Positions 24,040-40,934 are shown, numbered from the stretch's first letter. The stretch is DNA of 64,000 nucleotides from Eledone cirrhosa (GCA_964016885.1 OZ024757.1:4092001-4156000); one strand, 5' to 3'. Notes: generated by a model not told the origin, from the sequence alone. Translations and numbers: made by a program.

Positions 24040-25347
24040 GGCGGGTAAAATTCCCGAGATCGATGGACGAGTTCTCTCCAACGGTCTCTGTCCCACATTA
24101 TCGCTGCCATGTTCTGCGTCTCCAGTGTCTTAGGGCATCAACATATGTTAACCTTGGTCTTCCTCTTTCAGTGTGTCCATACAGGGGCTCCCGCAGGAGC
24201 ACTGAGTGCAGTGTCAACTCTGGATGTCGGTGAGCATGTCCAGCTAACCTCAGTCTCTTCTGTGTCCCTTTTGAGCTGACATTTGGGAGGCTCCCATACA
24301 GCTTTGAGTTCTTCATCCTCAGTGTATACAGAGCCATCCTCAGCATTCTCGTGTACCACCCATCCATCATCTTAGTCTGTTTCTTGGTCAGTGTCCAAGT
24401 CTCAGACGCGTACAGCAGCACAGACTCCACTACAGCACCAAAGAGTCGGATCTTCAAGTCTTTACGAAGGTCCGACTTCCACACCGATCTCAAGCTGTGG
24501 CACGCCGCCCATGCTTTGCTCTTCCTCTCGACCACATCATCGTCTGTATTCCCAATCTTTGCTGACAAATACAGGAAGTCGTCAACCAATTCTAGCGACT
24601 TCCCGCCTACATTAGTAATCTTCTCTGGCTTCTTAATATTCTCTACCAGATACTTCGTCTTAATCTCATTCATTCTCAGCTCCACACTCATCGACAGTCT
24701 CCACCTCCTGCATCAAATCCTCTGCCTCCTTCACTGTGTTTATCACCAGAATTATGTCCTCGGCAAATTCAACATCCGAAATCTTTTTCGCCTTAACTCT
24801 CCTGTTCTGAGCCGGTGCTACAGTAAAGCCAGAGTCCTGGTGTTTCTCTAGTGCAAGGCGCATACAATAGTCCACTACGATGATAAAAAGGTAGGGAGCC
24901 AATGTCTCTCCCTGGAGCACTCCAGCCAGTATCTCAAAGAACTTTGTCATCCCATCAGGTGTAATAACTTAGGCTTTGGTGTTGGTGTAGAGCAGTGATA
25001 TCAGGTCCACTATCTTCTTGGGGATTCCATAAGCCTGTAAGATCTTCATCAGGCAGTGACGGTCCACAGAATCAAAGGCCTTCCTAAAGTCAATGAAAAC
25101 CATGACTGCAGGAAGGTACTTGGCTCTAGTTCCTTCTAATATCCTTCTCAGCATCAGGATGTGACTGGTGGTTGATCTTCCCTCACTGGAGAAAGGAGTT
25201 GCCCCGAATCAGTGGAGGATTAGTAACATCGTCCCAGTGCCAAAGAAGAGAGATCTCTCTAACACCAACAACTACAGGGGGATCTCACTGACGTCACTTT
25301 TGGCAAAGACCCTCAACAGGATGATTCTTAACAGGATCCAGCCCGAG
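24040..25347 (-). mobile_element. RTE-family fragment (second family) with 5' inversion
   Basis: Minus strand FIDFRKAFDSV, GVLQGETLAPYLF, LLYASETW, RLAGH. 25186-25347 carries the upstream NYRGISL segment on the + strand. Confidence 0.88.
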
Positions 25348-25379
25348 ATATATACGTATGTATATGTATATATATATAT

Positions 25380-25415
<36 letters not shown>

Positions 25416-25512
25416 GTATATGATGATGTGTATGTACACATACACACACACTCTCACACACACACTCACACACACACTCATACACACACTCACACATACT
25501 CACACACACACA

Positions 25513-25559
<47 letters not shown>

Positions 25560-25582
25560 ACACACATACACACACACACACA

Positions 25583-25658
<76 letters not shown>

Positions 25659-26281
25659 GCACCGATTTATCTTTCAGTTTGCTGCCAAAATAGAAAAATG
25701 AATGGCTGCAATGTTTTCATCGTTAAGTTTCAATCAAGTGAAATAGCAGACGATGAGATAAATAATCCTGAAAAAGCCTTAAAGATTCTTCTTCAATGGA
25801 GTTTTAGCCTCTATTATGGCCTGCCGTAGGGAAACCTTGTTTGCGCGCTCAATGTAGTAATGGGTCTTATTTATAGCCAGGCTAATTTTATTCGCTTCAC
25901 CGACGGTGCTGTATTTCACTTTTCCCTGTTGAAAGGTTTCTTTCTCTTTTTTTCTTTGTATCTTCTTTCTCATTAATTTCAGTAAATTACTTTCGTCTTT
26001 ATCTCTCTATTTCTCTCTCCCTCTCTGTAACTCTCTCTCTCTCTCTCTATTTCTCTCTCTCTAGCTCTTCTCTCTTTCTATCACTCTCTCTCTGTCAACA
26101 TCCTCTCTCTCCCTCCCTCTCTCTTCCTATCACTCTCTCTCTCTCTCTCCTTGTAAATTCCCCCTCCTCTCTCTTTCTCCCTGTAACTTCCTGCCCTCTC
26201 TCTCATCGTTCTACTTCTGTTGATCTCTCTCATTGTGATTCTCTTTGTTTTCCATCTCCTCCTCTCTTTCTTTATCTGTCG

Positions 26282-26339
<58 letters not shown>

Positions 26340-26341
<2 letters not shown>

Positions 26342-26683
26342 CCAAAAGTTTAACAAGGTTCATTGATTAATCAATGAATATAGTTTTACAATAGATTAGA
26401 AGCACTCAACCGTTAGGTTTTCTGGAGTTATTAATATTACTTCAAAATATTATTAAATATATTATTAATTATATGTAGTTTGTCATGTTACTACTCATGG
26501 TATATAAATATTGAGTTTTGTCATAACATATCACTGCCAAAACTGGAATTGAACCATCAGACATCAATTTATATATTTTATCTGATGAGGACGTACTGAG
26601 GAAATAGCTCAGTACCTCTGAAATATATATAATAAAATATATTTGATCACATGAATGCCTATATTTATTAATATTTTGAAGTA
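26340..26683 (+). mobile_element. PLE pLTR-derived fragment with hammerhead, bounded by a 22-bp inverted repeat
   Basis: Homologous to 15290-15697. TACTTCAAAATATTA.TAAATA at 26438-26459 pairs with 26662-26683. Confidence 0.7.
26571..26642 (+). ncRNA. Type I hammerhead ribozyme, minimal stem III, apparently intact
   Basis: Perfect 11-bp stem I ATATATTTTAT/ATAAAATATAT. Core CTGATGA. Stem II GGACGTACTGAG/CTCAGTACCTCT. GAA, palindromic ATATATAT, cleavage triplet AUA ending 26631. Confidence 0.88.
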
Positions 26684-27210
26684 GCCCCTGTTTATTTTAA
26701 CATGTCTATTGAGCACTCTTATTCGATATGTGTTTTTACCACATTTTTCCGAATATTTTTGCGGATATAAAGGTTATCTACCTTGCTGAAATCCATGTGC
26801 GTATTTTTAGCCTGGGTCTTGTCTTTTCATCCATTCGGACAAAGCTCGTTGATGAAGTAACTCCAGTCCCCCGTTTGTCTGTAAGTCTTATATTTTTATG
26901 TGAGCTGATAGATGACGGTTTAAGGATTTACAGAAACCCAAGAAGCTAGATATTCCATCTCTCTAGTGGGTCCGGGTATGCTTTTTACATTCATTTCATT
27001 TATTGATTTATTGATAATTTATCTGAGTGTCCCGAATCTTCCATATCGAACTTTTCGGTTATTTGGTTGATTGTAGACATATTCTACGTGTGACGGTATT
27101 TTAACGATAGTTATAGCTCTGATTTATTTGAATTATAGAGCCCTCTGCCGCTCATCTCGAATTTTGTTTATCGTGAACTCGTGCGCCGATTTTTCGATAC
27201 TCGATTATTC

Positions 27211-27276
<66 letters not shown>

Positions 27277-27282
27277 CTATAT

Positions 27283-27450
27283 TGTATCTGTATTATTTTT
27301 TACCGTTGGTCAGTCAATGGCAACATTGAGGACCGAATAAATTAGATTACCGATATAAAAGACGCAGAAGAGAAAAGCGAAAACCAACAAAACAGTGAGT
27401 GTGTTCTGTTATTAATTCTGGCAATATTACACAAATATGACCCTCCCCAA
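27283..27450 (+). mobile_element. Diverged copy of LTR-like element Y
   Basis: Aligns with 21721-21890. Confidence 0.7.
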
Positions 27451-27509
<59 letters not shown>

Positions 27510-27510
<1 letters not shown>

Positions 27511-29220
27511 CAATGATATTAAATAAATGGAAACTATATTTATAAACCATATTTATTTTATTATATATATATTTCAAGGGTAACTAAGACACCATGGTAC
27601 GCTTTCATCAGATAAAATACAAAGTTTGTTTTATAAATAGAGACATACCCATGAAAATCATACCTTATCGGTTGGAAATTCACTGGATAGTGGAAATATA
27701 TAAAGGATTATTCAAACTTATGTGTGAATATGCAAATGAATATGTAAATAATTGAAAAACAATTTTATTTAAATGACACTGGAGAAAGAGAGAGAAAAAA
27801 TATAAGTGGATAAAGATAAAAAATATTACGAGAGAGATAGAGAGAAGAAATTAACAAGAGGATGAATAAAACTCATATAACGTTAATTTTGGGGAAATAT
27901 ATTCTAAGTATATATCTAATAGTACGTGTATTTACGATTAATTAGTTGTTTAAAATTCATTTCTAATATAATATTATCTGTTATAAGTAGATAGAAAAAT
28001 AAATAGATAGAAAAATAGATAGAAAATAAATAAATAAATAAATAAATAAATAGATAAATAGATAAATAGATAAATAAATGAATAGATGGGTATATCGTGT
28101 TATAGATAATTGCTTTAATGAGGTATGAGGGATATTGGTCTTGTATTTAATGTAAGTAAATATTAAGTTAAATTAAATTAAGTTAACTGAGTTAATAAGA
28201 ATATTTATATTTATATATTTTAAAATGGGAAAATACGGAAACAACTCCAGTTTTGTTTATTTATTCGTTAGTATGAGACTATTTTGTCAAAATAAGTATA
28301 AATGTTGAAAGATATATTTAGCCAGAATTAGTTAGTGGTTATAAATCTAATAAAAGATATTGAAAAAAAATTAAAAATTCGAGAAAATTAAAAAAAATAA
28401 TAATTTATAAAAGATAAGTAATTTTTTTTTAAATAAGTAATTTTTTAAAATAGATAAAAAATTACTGAAACAAAAAATAAAGAATTAAAAATTATTAAGA
28501 TTAAAATTACAATTAAAATTAAAATTAAAATTAAAATTAAAATTAAAATTTTAAAAAAATTAGAATTATATATGTATATATTTTATGAAACTTTAAGAAG
28601 TGAAATTATAGCAAATGTTATAGATATGATTTAGAAATATCAATATATTAAAACCAAGTGGATAAGATTGTTATGGAAATAAGTAGAAATATTATAAGTG
28701 TAATTATAATTTATATATAGTTCTAAATGTTGAATTCAGGCGATGTCTACAAGAATTAAATAAATTCGTCCTTAGATTAATAGAGTTCTTACAGTTAAGT
28801 ATGAAAAAAATTTCCTCAACACACAATTTGCAGAATCTAGATAAAGCTGTGTTTCGGTAGGCGGGTGCTTTTCGAAATTATTTCCCAAGTTAATGAATAG
28901 TCCATATTCTGGCATTTTAAGTTCCATATCAAGTCTGAAAGAGAAGTTGAAGATTTTTTATCAACTCTTTTGAAAGAGCATTTGTGATTATTCCAGGGAC
29001 TTTTAAATTCTGTAGAAGTTGCACCTACATAGTTAAATATATTATCACTGGTTTTGACTGTACATTTATAGACCACGTCCTTATCTAAATACTTATTTTG
29101 TAACTTTATTTTGTACTTTAATTCTACAGTTACATTTTGCGCAGTTGTTGTTATTCAGAACATTATTATGTTGAATATTGCTAGAGATATTACTGCTATT
29201 TTGATTATTTTGGTTAGAGT
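27510..29220 (-). mobile_element. 3' fragment of a Naiad-like PLE (GIY-YIG remnant + long AT-rich 3' UTR + hammerhead)
   Basis: Minus strand CNC.., VVYKCTV..YVGAT..FK..NHK.SF, L...IW.LK, CKLC..E, N...NSCRH at 28720-29140. Confidence 0.8.
27553..27620 (-). ncRNA. Type I hammerhead ribozyme
   Basis: Minus strand TATTTTAT-CTGATGA-AAGCGTA..TACCCTT-GAA-ATATATATAT-A-ATAAAATA. Confidence 0.85.
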
Positions 29221-33420
<4,200 letters not shown>

Positions 33421-33756
33421 AACAACTGCGATTCAGGAGAAATCTTATACTCTCAGTTGTTTAACGCCCATGGAAACCGAGCTTAAGTCCGGCCTGGTGA
33501 GTCTCCGGGCTCGAGACATACTTTTATACATCTATCTCTCAAAGAACACGCTAGAGTGAGGGGCGGTAGCATATTTCAAGAATCTGTTAACCGGGAGGGT
33601 TCAAACAAGGGAGGCTTTATTTATTCAGAAACATTTATTTATTAAAATTGGACTTCATATAATAAAATAAATTCTATTATTGAAAGTGATTAGACAGTGG
33701 GTTCGGTGGCCATTGTGTGCGGAACTGCCCTCGCATTTTTGTCCGCGGAGCGCAGC

Positions 33757-34150
33757 TTAAACACCACCCGTGATCCGTGGGTCACGTTCATTTAAAAATA
33801 TTTGTTTAATTATGTTCACTTAGAAATAATTTTTAAATAATTAAAATATACACAGCCAAAACAGCGCATAATGGAAAAATACTTTGGAAGGAAGTTGACT
33901 CTGAAATGGGAATACAAATGGAATAAAATAAGTTTCGCGTAAATCACTGCTTCCCGAGATGTTTTTCTGGGTACCTTCATAAATAGAGAAAGAGAAAGAT
34001 AGCGAGAAAGAGATATTGGCTATGAGAGAGTAGATTGAAAGGGACATGTCTGTGTATAATTAATTAATTTAAAATTATTTTTAAGGAAACATAATTTTTT
34101 AAAAAGTGGTTTTAAGTGAACCTGACCCAATGGGTCACGGGTGGTCTAGT
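33757..34150. mobile_element. MITE-like DNA element with imperfect terminal inverted repeats of about 80-90 bp
   Basis: ACCACCCGTGATCCGTGGGTCACGTTCATTTAAAA at about 33763 versus TTTTAAGTGAACCTGACCCAATGGGTCACGGGTGGT ending about 34146. TTAA on the left is suggestive of piggyBac. Confidence 0.7.
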
Positions 34151-34811
34151 TTCTTATATAATTGAAATCGTTGTATATTCCGTTGATCTTGGTGGGATTT
34201 GAACTCAAAGAACAGAAAGCCGGAACGAATATCACAAATAGTTCTATCCAACATTCTAACGACTCGCCGCCATGTCGATAAAAACAAGTACCAGTCTCGT
34301 ACTTGGGTCGATTCTTCCTCTATATCCCTTTCTCACTTCCATTCTCTCTCTAGAAGTAATCTGTTGTATTCAGACCTGGAGAGGATTGGGCTCCGCCATG
34401 TTTTAAAATGACCTAGAAATGTCTTATGTCAATATGGCGACCCTTACAACTCCCCAGGAGTTACAAGACCACCAATGCATACATATTCCGTTATGGACAG
34501 AACCTGATATATCGTAGAGCTGTAGGGTGCGAATGCACTCGGCCCCATTCATCAAATTGTGACCACCCTCTCGAACAAAGCCTCTTTTTTGAGCAGGGCT
34601 CCCATATCAAACAGACCTCCTCCTATATTTTAAGTCTCTCTCTCTCTCTCTTTCTCCCCCCCCCCTCTCTCTCTCTTCCCCCCCCCCCTCTCTCTCTACT
34701 ATATATATATATGAGAGAGAGAAATGTGAAGTTTGAAGGCCAAGACAATGTGAAATAGACGAACAAGAAAATGAGACGAAGCAAGATGTTATGTGTTACC
34801 TTATTTATCTA

Positions 34812-34845
34812 TCCTGATATTTCGAGCTAAAATCTCTTCGGAGGA
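34812..34845 (-). ncRNA. Degenerate minimal hammerhead (core CCGAAGA)
   Basis: Minus strand TCCT-CCGAAGA-GA..TC-GAAATATC-AGGA. U4>C and a short stem II. Confidence 0.45.
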
Positions 34846-35444
34846 GGAATATAACAAGGGACATGTCCGGAGTCGAGGAACGCGCTAAGTCAACATGAGT
34901 TTATGGTGGATGTAATTAGATCCACCATAAACTCATAATTTTAATACTGAAACACCTTTGTCTGCTTGATATGCTTGTAAACCTATGTTATTTTATGTGA
35001 TACCTTTGCCATACAGTAATTATATATGCCTAGTACCATTGCTTGTCTCCTTCCTATATATGCCTAACGCATTTGCACTCTCTACACGCTTGCATATGTA
35101 CTGCTGGTGTCCTCATTTTACGAGTAACTTTTCTCCTCTTTAATTATTATACTATTCCCTTGTGATATCTGTCGCATGCATTCCACTCTGTGCCTTTTAA
35201 TTTTAATTATTGTACAATTCTCTTGTAATATATGTCGCATCCACTTTGGAAGAAACGATTGTCAGCAATAAAATGATTTGAACATAACTTTGATTATTGT
35301 GAAATTTATATTCCTGCTCTGTAAAACAACTGATGTATTTACATTGAGCTATTTTTCTTACTGGTATGAGGTGGTAATAAATGATTGACCTTTCCTGTTT
35401 ATAGTTGTATATAGTGTATACATAACTATAAATAATATTATTAT

Positions 35445-35542
<98 letters not shown>

Positions 35543-35802
35543 GAAACACACAGATACATGCGGACACACACATATATACATGAATGCATCCGCACCCAAC
35601 TGTGAGTTAAGGGTGCCAACTTCACCGATGTGAATACCCCCGATATGAATACCCCCTCCGCCTCCGTGGTATTTTCTTCGTGGTTATAAGAGGCTTAGCT
35701 CTGTTTCTCGACCGCTATATCGCGTGACTGTCTCCCCCTCCGCCTTTTGGGATTCTTTCTCACGTCGTGTAGACGCGTTCTTGAGACTAGTAAAATGAGG
35801 TA

Positions 35803-35890
35803 TCCTCTTGATAAGTCGGCAGACCTCGCAAGGACTCTATATCTTTGATATATTGTTTTTGTTTATGCGACGAAACTACGTAGTCGAGGA
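35803..35890 (+). ncRNA. Type I hammerhead ribozyme with variant U3-A8 core
   Basis: TCCTC-TTGATAA-GTCG..CGAC-GAA-ACTACGTAGT-C-GAGGA. Confidence 0.8.
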
Positions 35891-36393
35891 ATTTAGGAAC
35901 AGTTTAGGTATGATACATTTTATTACTAATTATATCTAAATGTTTCTTCTCTCTTCATAATGTATTTTTAACTCTGATACTGGTTCAGTCTGGTTCAAAC
36001 TGAATTAGTCTGTCCCAGTCATTCATTGAGCAACATCGGTGAAGTTGGCACCCTTAACTCACAGTTGGGTGCGGATGCATTCATGTATATATGTGTGTGT
36101 CCGCATGTATCTGTGTGTTTCTAAATATATTAATAACTCCCTCTGATCGAGCAATCTTTGAAGTGTGGGGACAACTGGAAAGCTTCCATTACTCATACTT
36201 CTCGCCTTCTTCACTACCTCTTCTACGGCCTCGATATGAATACCCCCTCCGCCTCCGTGGTATTTTCTTCGTGGTTATAAGAGGCTTAGCTCTGTTTCTC
36301 GACCGTTATATCGCGTGACTGTCTCCCCCTCCGCCTTTTGGGATTCTTTCTCACGTCGTGTAGACGCGTTCTTGAGACTAGTAAAATGAGGTA

Positions 36394-36481
36394 TCCTCTT
36401 GATAAGTCGGCAGACCTCGCAAGGACTCTATATCTTTGATATATTGTTTATGTTTATGCCACGAAACTACGTAGTCGAGGA
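36394..36481 (+). ncRNA. Second copy of the U3-A8 hammerhead (one stem II mismatch)
   Basis: Same as 35803-35890 except CGAC>CCAC and a loop substitution. Confidence 0.72.
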
Positions 36482-36547
36482 ATTTAGGAATAGTTTAGGT
36501 ATGATACATTTTATTACTAATTATATCTAAATGTTTCTTCTCTCTTC

Positions 36548-36578
<31 letters not shown>

Positions 36579-37112
36579 CTGAATGTATGTATTTTATATT
36601 TGATAATATACTGTATGTTTATTTAAAAACATTTTGTGTGGTGGTGGTGGTGGTAGAGGTGGCGGTGTAATGATGGTGGTAGTAGTGGTGGTGGTGATGG
36701 TGGTGGTTGACACCATTTTTCTCGTTTCTTAACAAAATTTCAAATAAAAAATATTTTCAACAAATTGAAGAAAATTTCATTTCTCACATTTTAAATTAGT
36801 TAAAAAATAATCGATTTCTCACTCTCTCTTTCTATCTCTCTCCCTCTCTCTCTCCCTCTCCCTCTCTCTCTCCTTCTCTCTCTTCCTTTCTCTCTCCCAC
36901 TCACTCTCTCACACACTCACACACTCACACCCTCACACTCATTCTCCCTCTCACACTTTCTTCTCTTTCCACTTTGTCTCCCCCCTCTTTCAAATTGCAT
37001 TGTTCTCTCGAATCGCCCCTCTGTGTATATATACATTTGTGGGTATCTATATATACATGTATATATATAGTTAAAGAGAGAAGAGTAACATGGTTGGCTG
37101 TACAATAAGGGC

Positions 37113-37203
37113 ATTATTTATCCTTACGGGGTCGATAAAATAAAGTACCAGTAATGCACTGGGTAATTGCTGGCCTTGTGCCTAAAGTAGAAACAATTAT
37201 TTA
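37113..37203 (+). mobile_element. Short SINE 3' fragment inserted in the pLTR
   Basis: Absent from the partner pLTR. Flanked by ATTATTTA direct repeats (37113-37120, 37196-37203). Confidence 0.65.
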
Positions 37204-37479
37204 AAGTACTGACAATTCTTTCGTTGATCAGGTGTGTCTAGAGTTCGCTAATCGCTTGAGGTTACGTCAATCGATCTCCAATACATTGTTTACACATATG
37301 AAAATAATTCACTCGAGGCAAGACTTATATAGAAAAACAGGGTAAAACCAAAACAATAACATCAATAATAAAATAAAATAGCGTATAATTAAAACAATAA
37401 CATCAATAATAAAACATGTATGATAAATAGATAGAGAAGTTGCAGATGTAAAAAGTAAAAAGCAAATCCGATGGAAGGC

Positions 37480-39713
37480 ATACCATTACGACAAAGGACT
37501 CGCTAATAACACGGAGGAATTTACTAGGGAAAAATACGGATTCAAATCCTGCAAAAACCCACCAAATAAGCCCCAGATCGATGTCTTCGAACTTGACCCC
37601 ATGAACATGATAAGTGGAACTAAATTTAAAAAACGGACACATCACAACAAATTGCAAAACGACATCAATGCACTACTAAAAAAACTACGCACCACCAACG
37701 GTATTATAGTAAAAGCAGACAAAACATCAAACATATACACCATGAGCCTCAATACATGCAATAATTTCATATGCCGGGAATTGCACAAAAAAATACAAAA
37801 AAAACAATAGAATCTGCACTCACTAGCATTAATAAGGAAGGACATAGCATAGTAAAAAAAACTGAAAATATCTTATAGAACCGAGCCTCTAACCCCTTGT
37901 AACCCCACATTTAACCTAAAGGATCACAAAATGATTTTGAAACAGACCCCATAATTAGATTAATATGCCCATCTAAGTCGGATATCGGTAAAATTAGCAA
38001 GTATATACTAGATAAAGTAATCGCACAAATTAAGGACAAACTGGTAATTAAGCTATGGGGTAACACTAACGAAGCAATAGAATGGTTCAGCAAAATAAGC
38101 AATAGAGAAACATATAACTTCATACAATTCGATATTAATGACTACTACTCATCCATTTCCCCAGTCACCCTGGGGACGAAATTAAAATAATACTAGCTGC
38201 TAGAAGGACTATCATTAAATTCGAAAATAATTACTGGGAACGAAAAAGCAGACAGAATAGCTTCGATATCACAATGGGATCTAACGACTCAGCGGACTTG
38301 GTGGGAATATATATAGCGCACAACTTACATAAGGAATTAAATAACCTCCAAGAAGGAATTTATACAGACGACACACTCCTTCTCGCCAAAAACTTAAATA
38401 ATCAGAACATGGAAAGATTACGAAAAAAAATTAGAATATTCTTCAAAAAACTAGGCCTAGGTATCACTTTCGAACTTAACTCTAAAAAAGCAAATTTCTT
38501 AGATGTAACTCTCAACCTAAACACAGGATTAATAGAGCCCTTCCATAAGAATAACGAAAATCTAGCCTTCATTAGTTACAACTTAAACCACCCCCGATCC
38601 ATAATTAACTCCATAGCACATAGTATATCGCCCAGAATACCCCACCTATCTTCGAACAAAGACATTTTTAACGAACACGCAAACTATTATAACATAGCTT
38701 TACATAAGGCTGGACATAAGGAGAAGCTGGAATACATACCAGATAGTGACAACAGCAACAAACCTAAGGATAACTACACTACCCGCTCATACAGAAATAA
38801 CAAGCATAGGACTAAGCATAGAATTAAACAACGAGAACCAAAAATAACCGAACAGAACACTAATATTAGGACCCCCCAAAACTATAGAAGATCCATAGAA
38901 AGAAAGTACCTATGGTTCAATCCAATATTCAACTTCCCTATAAAAACTAAACTACCTTCTACATTCTTTAAACTAATAGATAAGCACTTCCCTACACTAC
39001 ACAAATACCATAAAATCTTCAATAGAAAAACTATAAAACTTTCATACTTTACTGCAGCCAACATAGAATCGCACATACGTAAGATCAATCACAAAAATAT
39101 CTCTAAAGAAATTAACCTACCAACGCGCACCATAGCACCAAATACAAAACACAAACGCATAACAACATCACAACCACAAACGCATCAGAACGCATCACAA
39201 CAAAACATTAATAGGCCTAAATCACAACCCACCCACAACAACTTACAAAACCACAACGACGAACCTGCACAAAATAAAACCTCAAATTGTAATTGCCACC
39301 TACCAGATAAGTGCCCACTACGGGGCAGATGCCTGGATTCGAGAATGGTATACCTGTGTACTGTGAATTCAGGCAACTCTACTTGGCACTACATAGGTTC
39401 CACAGCTGGGGAGTTTAAGAAAAGGTGTTACGTCCACAGACACTCCATGAAGAACCGTGCACTGGAGAAGTCTACAACGCTCGCCAATAAAACCTGGCAG
39501 CTTAAGGACAAAAGCCTAGAATATAAGATTAGCTGGTCGAAATTATCGGTAGCAAAAGTCTACAGCAACGGTATGTCCCACTGCGGGCTTTGTAATTTAG
39601 AACTACTACATATTTTAAGGTACGATAGGATGCTACTTAACAGCAAAATAGAAAGATCTATTTTCTGTAGGCATAAAATAGCTACTAGATTTACAAACTT
39701 CACACCACCATGA
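37480..39713 (+). pseudogene. Naiad-type RT/GIY-YIG ORF, frameshifted upstream of 38274
   Basis: ORF fragments 37601-37810 and 38274-39713 plus intervening motifs in other frames. Confidence 0.85.
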
Positions 39714-40338
39714 TTTGAACCAGCAATCCCAAAATTAATACTGAACCACCTAGATTTTAACATATAGAACACACACCATCGCACCGCTATTAGCTATCAA
39801 ACTGCCAACTGGTCACTGGACCATAAATCTCAGTACATTTCTTCCACCCTCTCTCCACCAATCCCATTAATATAGAACAACCAGCAAAACATTTACAACA
39901 AACGTCCAGTCATCTCTAGCCCATAAATATCATACACGTATACACTAATTAATCTCTAATTTATTGTCTTTTCTTTTATCGGACCTTCTACACGTATTTA
40001 TCTACATCTCAAATCTGGTTTCTCATGTTAGCACCAACGAATTCTTATAAGAACACTTACTCAAAAACTACTAATACCTACTTGCACTCTCTCACTCATT
40101 TATTTCTTTATATGTTCCATTTCCTCATTTTCTTATTATTTTTTAATGTACCCTATCTTATATTTTACTTTTTACTTTTTACATCTGTAACTTCTCTATC
40201 TATTTATCATACATCTTTTATTATTGATGTTATTGTTTTAATTATACGCTATTTTATTTTATTATTGATGTTATTGTTTGGGTTTTACGCTGTTTTTCTA
40301 TATAAGTCTTGCCTCGAATGAATTATTTTCATATCTAC

Positions 40339-40449
40339 GTGCGCTGATGAGTTGACCATTGGTAAACAATGTATTGGATATCGATTGACGCAACCTCAAG
40401 CGATTAGCGAACTCTAGACACACCTGATCAACGAAACAATTGTCAGTAC
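40339..40449 (+). ncRNA. Type I hammerhead ribozyme with large loop 2 in the Naiad pLTR
   Basis: CTGATGA 40344-40350. Stem II GTTGAcCA/TGaTCAAC. GAA-ACAATTGT-C with GUC ending 40444. Stem I GTGCg/aGTAC. Confidence 0.8.
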
Positions 40450-40684
40450 TTTAAATAAAGTCCCTTATTGTACAGCCAACCATGTTACTCTTCTTTCTTT
40501 AACTATTATTACTCCAAGTATAACCTGCATAGAAATTACTGCGAACTCGCTGCATAACTAGGAAAACATCTTGTTGAGTCAAACAAAGCCGTAAGTTAAA
40601 ACTATCCATGATGCGGTGTACTCATAACCTCTAACTGGTTTACCTATAACGATAACCATATATATATATATAACTTTTTATCCC

Positions 40685-40716
<32 letters not shown>

Positions 40717-40858
40717 ATATATATAAAAGACGTAAAATAAGAAAATTTAAAAAAAATTTTTTTTAAAAATTAACTTACTTAAATTTTCACTCCAACTAAT
40801 TAGTTTCTGCAATGGGATAAAGACAGTTACGTAATGAACTGTTGAGAATTTAATATAC

Positions 40859-40927
<69 letters not shown>

Positions 40928-40934
40928 TATATAT

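Larger units (their letters stand above)
35533..36552 (+). mobile_element. Non-coding PLE-type/retrozyme-like element: 321-bp direct repeats (period 591 bp) plus a 5' inverted segment
   Basis: 35641-35961 matches 36232-36552. 35533-35631 is the reverse complement of 36033-36130. Flanked by (TA)n, with one hammerhead per repeat. Confidence 0.85.
37067..40660 (+). mobile_element. Naiad-like Penelope element with inverted 5' pLTR, degraded ORF
   Basis: KADKTSNIY, RLICPSKS, FIQFDI..YYSSI, MGSNDSA, GIYTDD, NFLDVTL, LWFNP, CNC..CPL.G.C, VY.C..YIG.T..FKKR, CGLC..E, CRH. 37067-37462 is the reverse complement of about 40168-40507. Confidence 0.88.

Noticed and set aside
25655-25975. Possible host exon or regulatory element in non-repetitive sequence
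   Set aside because: No recognisable protein motif or supported splice structure can be established by eye.
38274-39800. Selenoprotein-type Naiad (in-frame UGA plus SECIS)
   Set aside because: The conserved Cys positions use TGT/TGC, and the ATGA..AA..TGA after the stop shows no convincing SECIS stem.
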